A program made the translations under genes and the position numbers. Below are positions 54,176 to 64,000 of a DNA stretch of 64,000 bases, in pieces (the stretch's first letter is position 1; each line of letters begins with the position of its first letter). The DNA comes from Octopus vulgaris (taxonomy: Eukaryota). The notes beneath the pieces are model-generated. The model worked only from the letters and a program-made list of their open reading frames with translations. It was not told where the DNA came from and searched no databases. The stretch lies in assembly GCA_951406725.2 (NCBI GenBank), contig OX597827.1, forward strand, positions 77,500,001 to 77,564,000, in the 5' to 3' direction.

Positions 54176-54435
54176 GGTGTTAATCTTCAGTCATGGCTGT
54201 GTGGTTAGGTTTGTTTTGCATCTGTATTGTTTTGAGTTCAATCTCAGTGCGTGGCACCTTGGATAAATGGCTTCTACTAAAGCTCTCGCTTGACCAAGAA
54301 TGAAGTTGATAGACATATATTGTAAAGAAGCCTGTTGTGAGGGAGAGGTACATGAGTGTGTGTGTGTGTGTGTGTGTTTGCGTTCCATTATCTTCACATT
54401 TACTCGTTGATTGTAAACAAAGTCACCATGTATTC

Positions 54436-55083
54436 CGGTGGTTCTCAAAGTGGGCAGTATCGATCCCCTGGGAGTGGTGGAAATTTCCAAGGGGCCATTG
54501 AAAAGTGAGGCAATAATAGGGAAGCGATTCATATAAAAAGTGAGGTGGTAATGGGGTAGCGATTCGTGTAAAAACAACAAAATTATGGATTTGTTAGCTT
54601 CCTACACTCGCCTCTTTATAAGAGCTCAAAATCTCTCGTGGAAGCGTCATCCAACCAAAATGCAAATATATGGGAACCTACCACCTGTGTCATCTCTTGT
54701 GAAAGGTAGGAGAGTCCAGTTTGCTGGACATTGTTGTAGAGCTGAAAAAGAAGTAATTTCTACTCTTCTCCTCTGGAAGCCATCTACTCGCAATACCAGA
54801 GGGCGCACACTCTCCTACCCTGATGTAATCTCCAGGGATACAGGCATCCAGCAATGGGACCTCCGTAATGCCATGATGGATTGTGAAGTCTGGCGTAGCA
54901 TGGTAAATTCCATTGTCTCGACCACGGTCGAATAATGATGATGATTTATTTGTAAAATATAATTGCTTTGAATTTGCTTCAGAAAGAGGTCTGTGTTTGT
55001 GGCGGTTAGTTGGGGGTGGGGGCACGAGAAATGTGGTCTGGGTGTCAAGGGGGCAGCAGCCCAAAAAAGTTTGGGAACCACTG
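54436..55083. mobile_element. hAT (Charlie-like) MITE interrupted by a LINE fragment
   Basis: Termini CGGTGGTTCTCAAA ... TTTGGGAACCACTG. Confidence 0.65.
54597..54945 (+). mobile_element. 5'-truncated RTE-group LINE (ORF C-terminus plus (ATG)n tail)
   Basis: Peptide SYTRLFIRAQNLSWKRHPT...RRVQFAGHCCR...LLLWKP...RGR...YPD...RDTG...DLRNAMMD..VWR is a typical non-LTR RT C-terminal region. The stop is followed directly by TGATGATGAT. Confidence 0.8.
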
Positions 55084-56235
55084 AGTTATACCAAGACGAT
55101 ACCATGTGTCTGCAGTTTTTTTTTTTTTTTTGTGGAAAACATCTGGACTTAGAACTGTTTGTGTTGAAAGGATTATGGGAGAAATGTGAACTTGCTTGGA
55201 AACGGTAAGGAGCTGGCAACAGGAAGGGCGTGGGGCCATTGAGACCCTGCCTTGATTAGCATAGAAGCATAGAAAAGCTGATGTTAAAAGTATTATGGTG
55301 GATGAGGGGGTGAATTTAAGCTCACAGAACCTTTCGAAGGTTGATTGTTGGGTTTGAACCAACTATTGATTGAGAATAAAAAAAAACAGAAATAGAATTG
55401 AAAGAAACTAGTTTTGGCCAACAAAAGCAAAACGGTGAAGAAAACATCTTGCTAGAAACAGCAGCTAAATCTCGCACATATCATAATTGACTGTCTTTAA
55501 AAACAAAAGACAAGTGTGTAAGAACAAGGGCTTGTGAATGGATTTGGTAGACGGAAACTGAAAGAAGCTCTTTGTGTATTTGTATATGTTTGTGTGTTTG
55601 TCCCCCACAGTGTTGGTGTGTTCACATCCCTGTAACTTAGCAGTTGGGCAAAAGAGACCCATCAAATAAGTATGCTAGGCCATACTCAAATGACTGAAAC
55701 AAGTGAAAGAAAGTGTGTATACGTGTATAGATGTGTGTTTATGTGAATGAGTTTGTAGTTCCGTCTTCAGTTGTGTTTGTCGGTTGTAAACAAAAGTTCC
55801 ATTCGTCCTGGATTGTTTGTTTCCGTTTCTCCGTGTTTGCATTTCCATGCTGTTGGTCAACAGATGGGAGATTATTACCTTGTTTGCAAATGGGTGGGGG
55901 ATTGGGGTCAGGAAGGGCAGCTGGCTGTAGAAAAACTGTCTCTCAACACATCTCTCCTCTCTGATCTATGCAAGCATAAAAAAGTAGTCTTTAAACCGAT
56001 GGTGATGATGATAATGTTGAAGATGATGCTTGTTCATAAATTAAAAGTTGGAAGATTTTTCTGGTTGTAACAGGAGTGATGGGTGGGAGAAATTACACCC
56101 AAAATTATTTCACTTTCACAATGTAAAAACTGGCTGGTGTTGCACCCCCATCACTTGGGCAGTCAACCCCACCTCCATCTGACCCACTACATACAATCCT
56201 TTCTCCCCACAACATCAACCTTCTGGAATCTTCTT

Positions 56236-56469
56236 ATTTCTTTATTTCTCACAAGGGGCTAAACATAGAGGGGACAAACAAGGACAGACAGACAAAGGGA
56301 TTAAGTCGATTACATTGACCCCAGTGCGTAACTGGTGCTTAATTTATCGACTCCGAAAGGATGAAAGGCAAAGTCGACCTTGGCAGAATTTGAACTCAGA
56401 ACATAACAGCAGATGAAATTCCACTAAGCATTTCTCCCGGTGTGCTAACGTTTCTGCCAGCTCACCACC
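56236..56469 (-). mobile_element. Full-length SINE family A with TSD
   Basis: Flanked by TTCTGGAATCTTCTT at 56221-56235 and 56470-56484. Confidence 0.9.
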
Positions 56470-57492
56470 TTCTGGAATCTTCTTGCTCTTATCCTTTCCT
56501 GCAGTTGTTCACATGTAACAGAACCTTAATGGCGTTAAACCCATTGGTCTTAGATGGTCAGTGAAGGTCTGCAGCAGTTTAACAGATGCTTAACAGCATC
56601 ATGCTCACCAGTCTTGAAGGGCCTGCAAGGGTCCTAAGTATTGTCCCTTTCCTCAGACCCAGCAAGTAAAATATGTAATTGTTACTAACATCCCTGGCAT
56701 CTCACTGGTACTTTGTTTTATTGGACCTGGAGGGACGAAGGGTAAATTTGACCACAAAGCTCTTTATCCAGCACTCTACTGATTCTGTTAATCCACCGAT
56801 CCATTTGAACTCACAACATAAGTAGCTGCCATTTATCTGACTCCCTTCCAACTCTGACGGTCAAATAGTGCTAAGGCCACATAAGATGTACCAATGTTGG
56901 TGCCACATAAAATGTACACTCTGTAAACTGTTTGCTTGTTAGGGAGATCATCTGGCTATAGAAACCAGGCCAAAACAGACATGGAGCCCAGGCAGCTCTT
57001 GTCAAACCGTCCAACCCATGCCAGCATGGAAAACGGACATTCAGTGATGATGATGATAAACACACACACACTGTGTGTGAACTTCCATTGTATAAAAATC
57101 AACACAGAATAATTTTTCAGGGTTTCTTGTTTTTAAATATTTTGAATATTGGTACAGGCATGGCTGTGTGGTAAGAAGCTTGCTTACCAACCACAAGGTT
57201 CTGAGTTCAGTCCCACTGAGTGGCACCTCGGGCAAGTGTCTTCTACTGTAGCCTCAGGCTGACCAAAGACTTATGAGTGGATTTGGTAGGCAGAAACTGA
57301 AAGAAGCCTGTCGTATGTACATACATATATATGTGTGTGTCTGTGTTTGTCTCCCCATCATCGCTTGACAATCGATGTTGATGTGTTCATGGCCCCATAA
57401 CTTAGCAGTTTGGCAAAAGACACTGACAGAATAAGTACCAGGCTTACAAGGAATAAATCCTGGGGTCGAGTTCTTTGACTAAAACCCCTCAA

Positions 57493-58162
57493 CCCATTAA
57501 GTCCCACTGTCCTATAAATAGGACACTAAATGAGAACATTAAATAAGCTATGTCACATTGTCTCACTGTCCTATTTATAGGACACCAGGTATTTCCTTTT
57601 CTACTCGAAGTGAAGGAGTTTTAATAATTATTTTTTTCATTTTAACCTATTTTCAATCATCTGTAAAAATTTAAAAGTAATATTCAGAAAATACAGTTCT
57701 ATATTTAAGAGATGAGGAATTATGTGCATTATTTATATTTGATGGATATTTGTCCTCATCTTGTTTGTTGTTAACACAACATTTCAGCTGATATACCTTC
57801 CAGCCTTCATCAGGTATCCTGAGGAAATTTCGAACCTGGGTTTTCATTCCTAAGGTAGTTTTCGATTTTATTATTATTATTATTCAGGTATATGACGTAG
57901 TGGTTAAGAGCGCAGGCTATTAACCCCAAGATTCCGAGTTCAATTCCCGGCAGTGACCTGAATAACAATAATAATAATAACAATATTGAAAAATACCTTA
58001 GGAATGAAAACCCATGTTCGAAATTTCCCCAAGACACCTGATGAAGGCTGGAGGGTATATCAGCCGAAATGTTGTGTTAACAACAAACAAGATGAGGACA
58101 AATATCCGTCAAATGTAAATGATGTAATATTCAGAAATTTAAGTACTCTGGGACTTAATGGG
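57493..58162. mobile_element. piggyBac-type MITE hosting copy 4 of the hammerhead/tRNA element
   Basis: 14-bp TIRs CCCATTAAGTCCCA / TGGGACTTAATGGG with TCAA and TTAA flanks. Internal palindrome TGTCCTAT(A/T)3TAGGACA occurs twice. Confidence 0.75.
57691..58123. mobile_element. Inverted-arm hammerhead/tRNA element, copy 4 (core 57887-57958 on + strand)
   Basis: Inverted arms with a 14-bp TSD GTAATATTCAGAAA at 57677-57690 and 58124-58137. Confidence 0.9.
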
Positions 58163-58410
58163 TTAAGGTGGTGCTCCAGCATGGCCGCAGTCAAATGACT
58201 GGAACAGGTAAAAGAATTGTTTTATTTTTATTTTAAGTTGAATATTTTTCTCTTGAGAATTAATGTTCCATCATTTTGTATAATCTGCAAAAAATTTAAT
58301 TAAAGTTTTGATTATTATAATTATTGCATGTATACCATTCTCTCTCTCACATAACATACTTTATATTAGCATCTTTTAATTTTGTTTTCTTTTTCTCTAT
58401 TTCTTTTCAG

Positions 58411-59110
58411 CCGATCCAGATTTGTACCCAGTAAATGAAGGATTCCACCACCTTCCCCCTCTCTCCTCCTCTCTCTCTCTCTCTCCCTCCCTCTCTTTCT
58501 CATTCACTCCCTCTCTCACTCTTCCCATTTCCAACAGAAAGCAAGAAGAAAAACTCTTTCAAAATTTCCAGTCGCCTCACCATTTTCCTTCCGGTTCCAC
58601 AGAGACATAATAATACCGACACCAAAATGAAAACACCAAAGATTCCTTCTTCTGCTCCTCTTCCCCGTTGTCTAACCTTCTGAATGGACAGTATCCTCTT
58701 TTTCCTGACTTCTTTCAAACCTCATCACATTGTGGATCATTATTTTTACTATCCCTATTTTGTTTTGTACATTTTGTCCCTCCCTAACGGCAACATTACT
58801 TAAACAGGATGGAACAGTTCGTCACTACAAGGCAGGCTTCTTGACCGTTTAATATCTCCCTGCTTTCTCTCTGACCAATATTTCAACAGCTCCACCACAA
58901 CCACCACCATACAACAACGACAATAAACTTTGGCAGTTTTCTCACTGGAAATTCACTGTAAATGTCTACGGTGGAGCAGATGTGTTAATTAACTGCAATG
59001 ATCGTTTAACAATTAGAATGCTCAGTACATGGTGAATGACTATCATGTTTGTTAAGAGAGACTTCTGGACTTCGAAGGGAGAAGACTTTCTTGTAATCTG
59101 ATCACATTGG
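58411..59110 (+). other. Probable non-coding 5'-UTR exon of the C2H2 gene
   Basis: Long polypyrimidine tract ending TTCTTTTCAG at 58410 and donor TGG|GTAAGA at 59111. A candidate acceptor TTCTACAG at 59654 lies just before the ATG, with CTAAAC branch-like site at about 59620. Confidence 0.5.
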
Positions 59111-59305
59111 GTAAGAGAGTAAAGTAAGAAAGAGAGGGAGGGATAGAAGATAGACAGACAGAAAGTAGAGAGAGAGAGATAGAGAGGAGAGAGAGGTGGG
59201 TTGGTGGAAAGGAAAACAGAAGGCATTAAACCAGTGAAGAAAGATAAAGACTAAGGTGAATATACATATAACACACACACAACTATATATACATATATTT
59301 CTGTG

Positions 59306-59336
<31 letters not shown>

Positions 59337-59655
59337 TGGAGGGAGGGACAAAGATGAGTGTTGAAAGATAAAAAAAGAAAAAAATCTCTCAGTTGAAATA
59401 TGTTTTAAGCAAGAGAGAGAGAGAGAGAGAGAGGCAGAGAGCACAGCAAGTCCTTAAGCAAGTCTTTCCACGGGAAATATCGAAATGTCTTCAGCGTTAA
59501 TCTAACCATGTTAAAATTGTGAATATTCCAGAAACAAAGTTCTTTTAACAGCAGCAACAGAAATAACCACAACAGTAGTGATATTATTAATAATAATAAT
59601 AATAACAACAACAATCAACTAAACTGTTTCCCCTCACCTCACCAAATTCTACAGA

Positions 59656-60327
59656 ATGGAGTCATTACAACCTATGTATTCATCTTCTGGGACTGGTTTA
59701 GTTCCGCCTGGAAATAACCCCAATGCAGGGCAAGATACAAGCAGCAGTGGTGGCAGGGGTGGCGCAGGGAACCGTGTCACCAACAGCAGCGGTGGCACTA
59801 ATGTCGGTCGACAGACAACCAGCATGGAACACATGCGAGGCAACGACGTGTTCTACAGGGACAACTTACTGAAGGGGCCACACCCTTCTGCTGGGCACAC
59901 ACACCATGCTCACAGTCACGCCCACAGCCACGCCCACGGTGGACACCATGACCATCACGCCCACAGCCACGCCCGACACACCAACTGCAGTGGCAGTGGG
60001 GGTGGTGCCGGTGCCGGGGGCACTGGCAACCATCAACATCATCATCATCACCACCACCATCACCACGGGCATATCGGAGGGGTTAACCAGAATGCCCTTC
60101 ATTCAGGAGGTGGTGTCGGTGGCACCGGTGGTAAGGGCCTCGGTGTCGGTTTGAACAACACCAACATGAACACAAACGTCAACCCGGGCCTCAACGTGAA
60201 CCTGGGACCGAGTCCCAACACCGCTGCGAACATGCCACCAGCCACGAGCATCGCAGGCAATGTAAACATAGCCCCTCCCCAACAACAGCAACAACAACAA
60301 CAGCAGCAGCAGCAACAACAGCAGCAG

Positions 60328-60362
<35 letters not shown>

Positions 60363-61623
60363 GCAGCAACAACAACAACAGCAACAACAACAGCAGCAAC
60401 AACAACAACAGCAACAGCAGCAACCACAAGCACCACACTCACAGCCGCCTTCGACAAGTTCTTCAGCCACTACAATGAATATGAGTATGCCATCAGGCAT
60501 GATAGTGAACGCCAGCATGGTCGGTATGAACATGAATGCCATCCATACCATGCATACCATGCATGCGGCCATGAACATGATGATGATCAAACGACACCCA
60601 ACGAGTAGTGAGAAAGAGGAGAAGCAACACAAGTGTGATGTTTGCCGCAAGACTTTCACTCGACGATCGGACCTGTTGAATCACCAGCATGCTGCTACGC
60701 TGAACGACGATGGCAAGCACTTCTATTGTTCGTTTTGCCGTAAAGCATTCCCCATCCGTGCTCGACTCAAGGACCATTTACGCACACACACCGGCGAGAA
60801 GCCGTTCCGGTGTGTCTACTGCGAGAAAATGTTTGCGCACCAGACCAACCTGAAGTCACATCTCCGTTTACACACTGGCGAAAAACCTTTCAAGTGCATC
60901 GTATGTAGTAAGGCTTTCTCGCACCAAACCAACCTGAAGAGCCACGAGCGCACGCACACGGGCTGCAAGCCGTACCACTGTGGATACTGTGGTAAAGCGT
61001 TTTCTCATCAGACAAACCTGAAGGACCATCAGCGGATCCATACTGGTATCAAGCCCTATCGATGCAGCTATTGCGACAAGGCCTTCAGCCATCAGACGAA
61101 TCTCAAAGACCACGAGAGGACCCACACCGGCGTGAAGCCCTTTCAGTGTACATACTGTGATAAAGCATTCAGTCACCAGACGAACCTAAAGGACCACCAG
61201 AGGACCCACACGGGCGAGAAGCCTTACAGTTGTTCCTACTGTCAGAATGCGTTCAGCCATCAGACTAACCTGCGAGATCACGAACGAACCCATACGGGCG
61301 TGCGACCGTACCAGTGTCGCTTCTGCACGAAAGCGTTCAGTCACCAAACGAACCTGCGAGATCATGAGAGGACTCATACGGGTGAAAAACCTTACCAGTG
61401 CGCGTACTGCGAGAATGCGTTCAGCCATCAGACCAACCTGAAGTGCCACGAGAGGCTACACACCGGTGAAGCTGCCAAGACGTTCACGTGCACGGTCTGT
61501 AACAAAGGTTTTGCTCACCAGACTAATCTGAAGGTCCATGAACGCACTCACAACAGGGGGCCGGCGGCGGTGGCGGCGGTAGCGGCGCAGGAGCAGAACA
61601 AGGCCCCTCCGCCGAAAGGATGA
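59656..61623 (+). CDS. C2H2 zinc-finger transcription factor, 655 aa; His/Gly-rich and polyQ N-terminus; 10 canonical fingers plus 1 atypical finger
   Basis: Uninterrupted ORF with an in-frame upstream stop at 59620. C-X2-C-X3-F-X5-L-X2-H-X3-H motifs are joined by TGEKP/TGxKP linkers. GC-rich coding-type composition contrasts with the flanks. Confidence 0.95.
60280..60423 (+). repeat. Coding CAA/CAG tract encoding 48 glutamines
   Basis: 144 nt of mixed CAA/CAG codons between PP and PQAP. Confidence 0.95.
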
Positions 61624-61781
61624 GTGTTCCATGAAGTAAGTAAACGCGTGTGTACACATGCATGTGTGTGTACGCACGCAGATATACACGAACAAGGTTA
61701 TTATTAATTAGCTCGAAATATGTGTGGGTGTGTATGTATATGTTACACACATATATATATATATATATATATGTGCGTTAA

Positions 61782-62020
61782 AGGCGGCGAGCTGGCAGAC
61801 ACGTTAGCGCGCCAGGCGAAATGCTTAGCGGTCTTTCGTCTGTCGTTACGTTCTGAGTTCAAATTCCGCCGAGGTCGACTTTGCCTTTCATCCTTTCGGG
61901 GTCGATAAATAAAGTACCAGTTTCGCACTGGGGTCGATATAATCGACTTAATCCGTTTGTCTGTCCTTGTTTGTCCCCTCTATGTTTAGCCCTGCGAGAT
62001 CATGTGGGCAATAAAGAAAT
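61782..62020 (+). mobile_element. Full-length SINE family A in the probable 3' UTR of the C2H2 gene
   Basis: AGGCGGCGAGCTGGCAGAC...GTGGGCAATAAAGAAATA, about 160 nt after the stop codon. Confidence 0.88.
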
Positions 62021-62711
62021 ATATATATATATGTATATGCATATATGTACACATACACGTGTATATATTTATATGCATGCATGCATATATCTGCATATAT
62101 ATCATATATACATGTATATATTCATATATATGCTTGTGTGTGTGTCTACTTATATATACACATTGATACACACATATCGATAAACATTTGTGAACAATAC
62201 ATTTCAAAAATAAAAATGCGATCCCGTCCTCGAATGGAAATTGAACCCTGCACCTCTTACTAAAGAGGTGACCGTTCATAATGCATACATTACGAGAGAC
62301 ATCAGCATTGATTCACGGCTTCTTCGTTGAACCACACAAATGTTTTTCTTATTCGACTGAGAACGTTAAGTCGTCAGCACAGGTCTGTCATGATGCAACC
62401 AGGATTTACACAGCATTGCTAATTAGGGGCTAGGCTAGACTCCTCGTAATGTAGAGATAAAAAGCCGGTAACTTACGGATGCAGGGTTCCGTTTCCATCG
62501 TGGGCACTTGGTCGCATTTTTAATCACAACTTGTATTGTTTGCAAATGTCAAGTTCTGCTGTGTAAATTCATTAGCGTTCTCAGTTGCAAAGAGGTCTCA
62601 TTTGCTCATGTCTATACATGTGGGTGTATATAGAGATATACATGTGTATATGCATGGGTGTGTGGCAGGGTGTATGTATATTTGCACACCTACACACTTG
62701 TTGGTTAAGTG

Positions 62712-62763
<52 letters not shown>

Positions 62764-62806
62764 CATGTTACATACTTGCACACGTGTTTATATATACGTA
62801 TATATA

Positions 62807-62837
<31 letters not shown>

Positions 62838-64000
62838 GCATGGGTGTGTGGGGTGTGCATGTTTTTATATTTATATCTATATATATATACACGCATACAC
62901 GTTGGTATGTATACACACACATTCATTACCTGCAGTGTGTGTGTATATGTATGTGTATATATGTCTGTGTATGTATGTGTGTGGCTTTATGTATACACAC
63001 AGATGCATACGCACACACATATCTACGTTATTGTTTCCATTTGCTGGAAAAAACGAAAAGGAAAGAAAGGAAGGAAAACCAGAAGAACGGAAAATGAAAC
63101 ATTGAACGGAAAAAGTGTCATGTTTCTTCCAGTATATTCTGAACCAGGAAAAAAAACAACAAAAACTGCAGACCAATGTTGGAGATAACTTTTGAGAAAA
63201 TATGGGTCGTTTTTCTTCCTTTTTTCAATCTTTAAAACTTTCTGCAGGAAAAGAATTTAAAAAAAAAGGTTTTTTTTTGTTTTAAATGCCAGTGGAGATG
63301 TCAGGAGTCAGATTTGAACCTGAAACATTTTGTATGTAAAAGGGCTCATATATGTGCTGCGTCCTATGAGTGTTGAGTGGAAGGGACACCAATAGAAAAG
63401 GCACATATTGATTGTAGTGAAAAAGGTGGCTGAATCCTGAGAAATATCATAAAAACAAGCATACAATACCAGTGTATACACACAGCACAATGTACGCGCG
63501 TGCGTGTGTGTATAGAAACTGCTGCTGCTGCTACTATTACAAGGACAATATCAAGGAAAATAATAATAATAATAATAATAATAATATACAGTATTCTGAT
63601 GCTATAGCAAAGAGAGGAATCTCGTCTTATTTCTTTTGGAGATGATCAAAAGGGAAGAAGATAAAGAAAAAAGAACTTTTTCAGTAACTACCTACAGTTT
63701 GTGTGTGGTGAGTGTGTGCACACATATATAATATATATATACAAATATATATATATATATTTATGCACACCAAATATCTCTATACAAGGTTGGCTTGCAC
63801 GGAACATTAGGTAGGGTTTCATGCCTTGTTAGACACTCACACACAACCATATATACATATGTATATATATATATATGTATCACAAGCACACACACACACC
63901 TATATAATATATAAATCTTTGGCAGACACAATCATATATATTATTACTACAAATATAAACATATGTAAATACACCATAATTTGTCAAATCAGATTTATTG

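Larger units (their letters stand above)
57155..58215 (+). mobile_element. SINE family B split by a piggyBac-type MITE
   Basis: Body runs to ...GACTAAAACCCCTCAA (57492) and resumes GGTGGTGCTCCAGCATGGCCGCAGTCAAATGACTG at 58167. Confidence 0.8.

Noticed and set aside
54585-54935. 116-aa host gene
   Set aside because: It is a LINE ORF C-terminus with an (ATG)n tail inside a hAT MITE; the ATG comes from flanking sequence.
59656-61623. Assigning a gene symbol to the C2H2 gene
   Set aside because: I do not recognise a specific orthologue; no KRAB, BTB or SET domain is visible, and a homology search is needed.
62536-63188. Overlapping 160-190-aa Tyr/Ile/Cys/Val-rich ORFs downstream of the ZNF
   Set aside because: Translations of (TA)n/(TG)n microsatellites open in all frames.

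Overview
Repeat-dense animal genomic DNA. The tRNA-derived SINE families, extreme microsatellite load and tandem C2H2 gene suggest a cephalopod, probably Octopus (inference). There is one convincing protein-coding gene, a 655-aa polyQ/His-rich C2H2 zinc-finger protein at 59656-61623 (+). It has probable non-coding upstream exons (58411-59110; possibly a first exon near 36.5 kb). The rest is SINEs, MITEs (Tc1/mariner, hAT, piggyBac, Mutator-like), a Helitron, a Helentron-type element, RTE LINE remnants and about 15-20 kb of strand-biased (GAT/GGT/AGT)n cryptic trinucleotide repeat. Two observations stand out. (1) Four copies of a 350-500 bp mobile unit (TSDs on three) have inverted arms that each carry a minimal type-I hammerhead-ribozyme motif, as in Penelope-like elements; in three copies the arms enclose a Pol III tRNA-like core found in either orientation. 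(2) Nine consecutive zinc fingers share the same HQTN recognition helix despite heavy synonymous divergence, predicting binding to (CAT)n/(NAT)n microsatellites, which are abundant upstream in this window. Coordinates were read by eye and repeat boundaries are approximate. Family labels A, B, D, E are my own working names, not database assignments.
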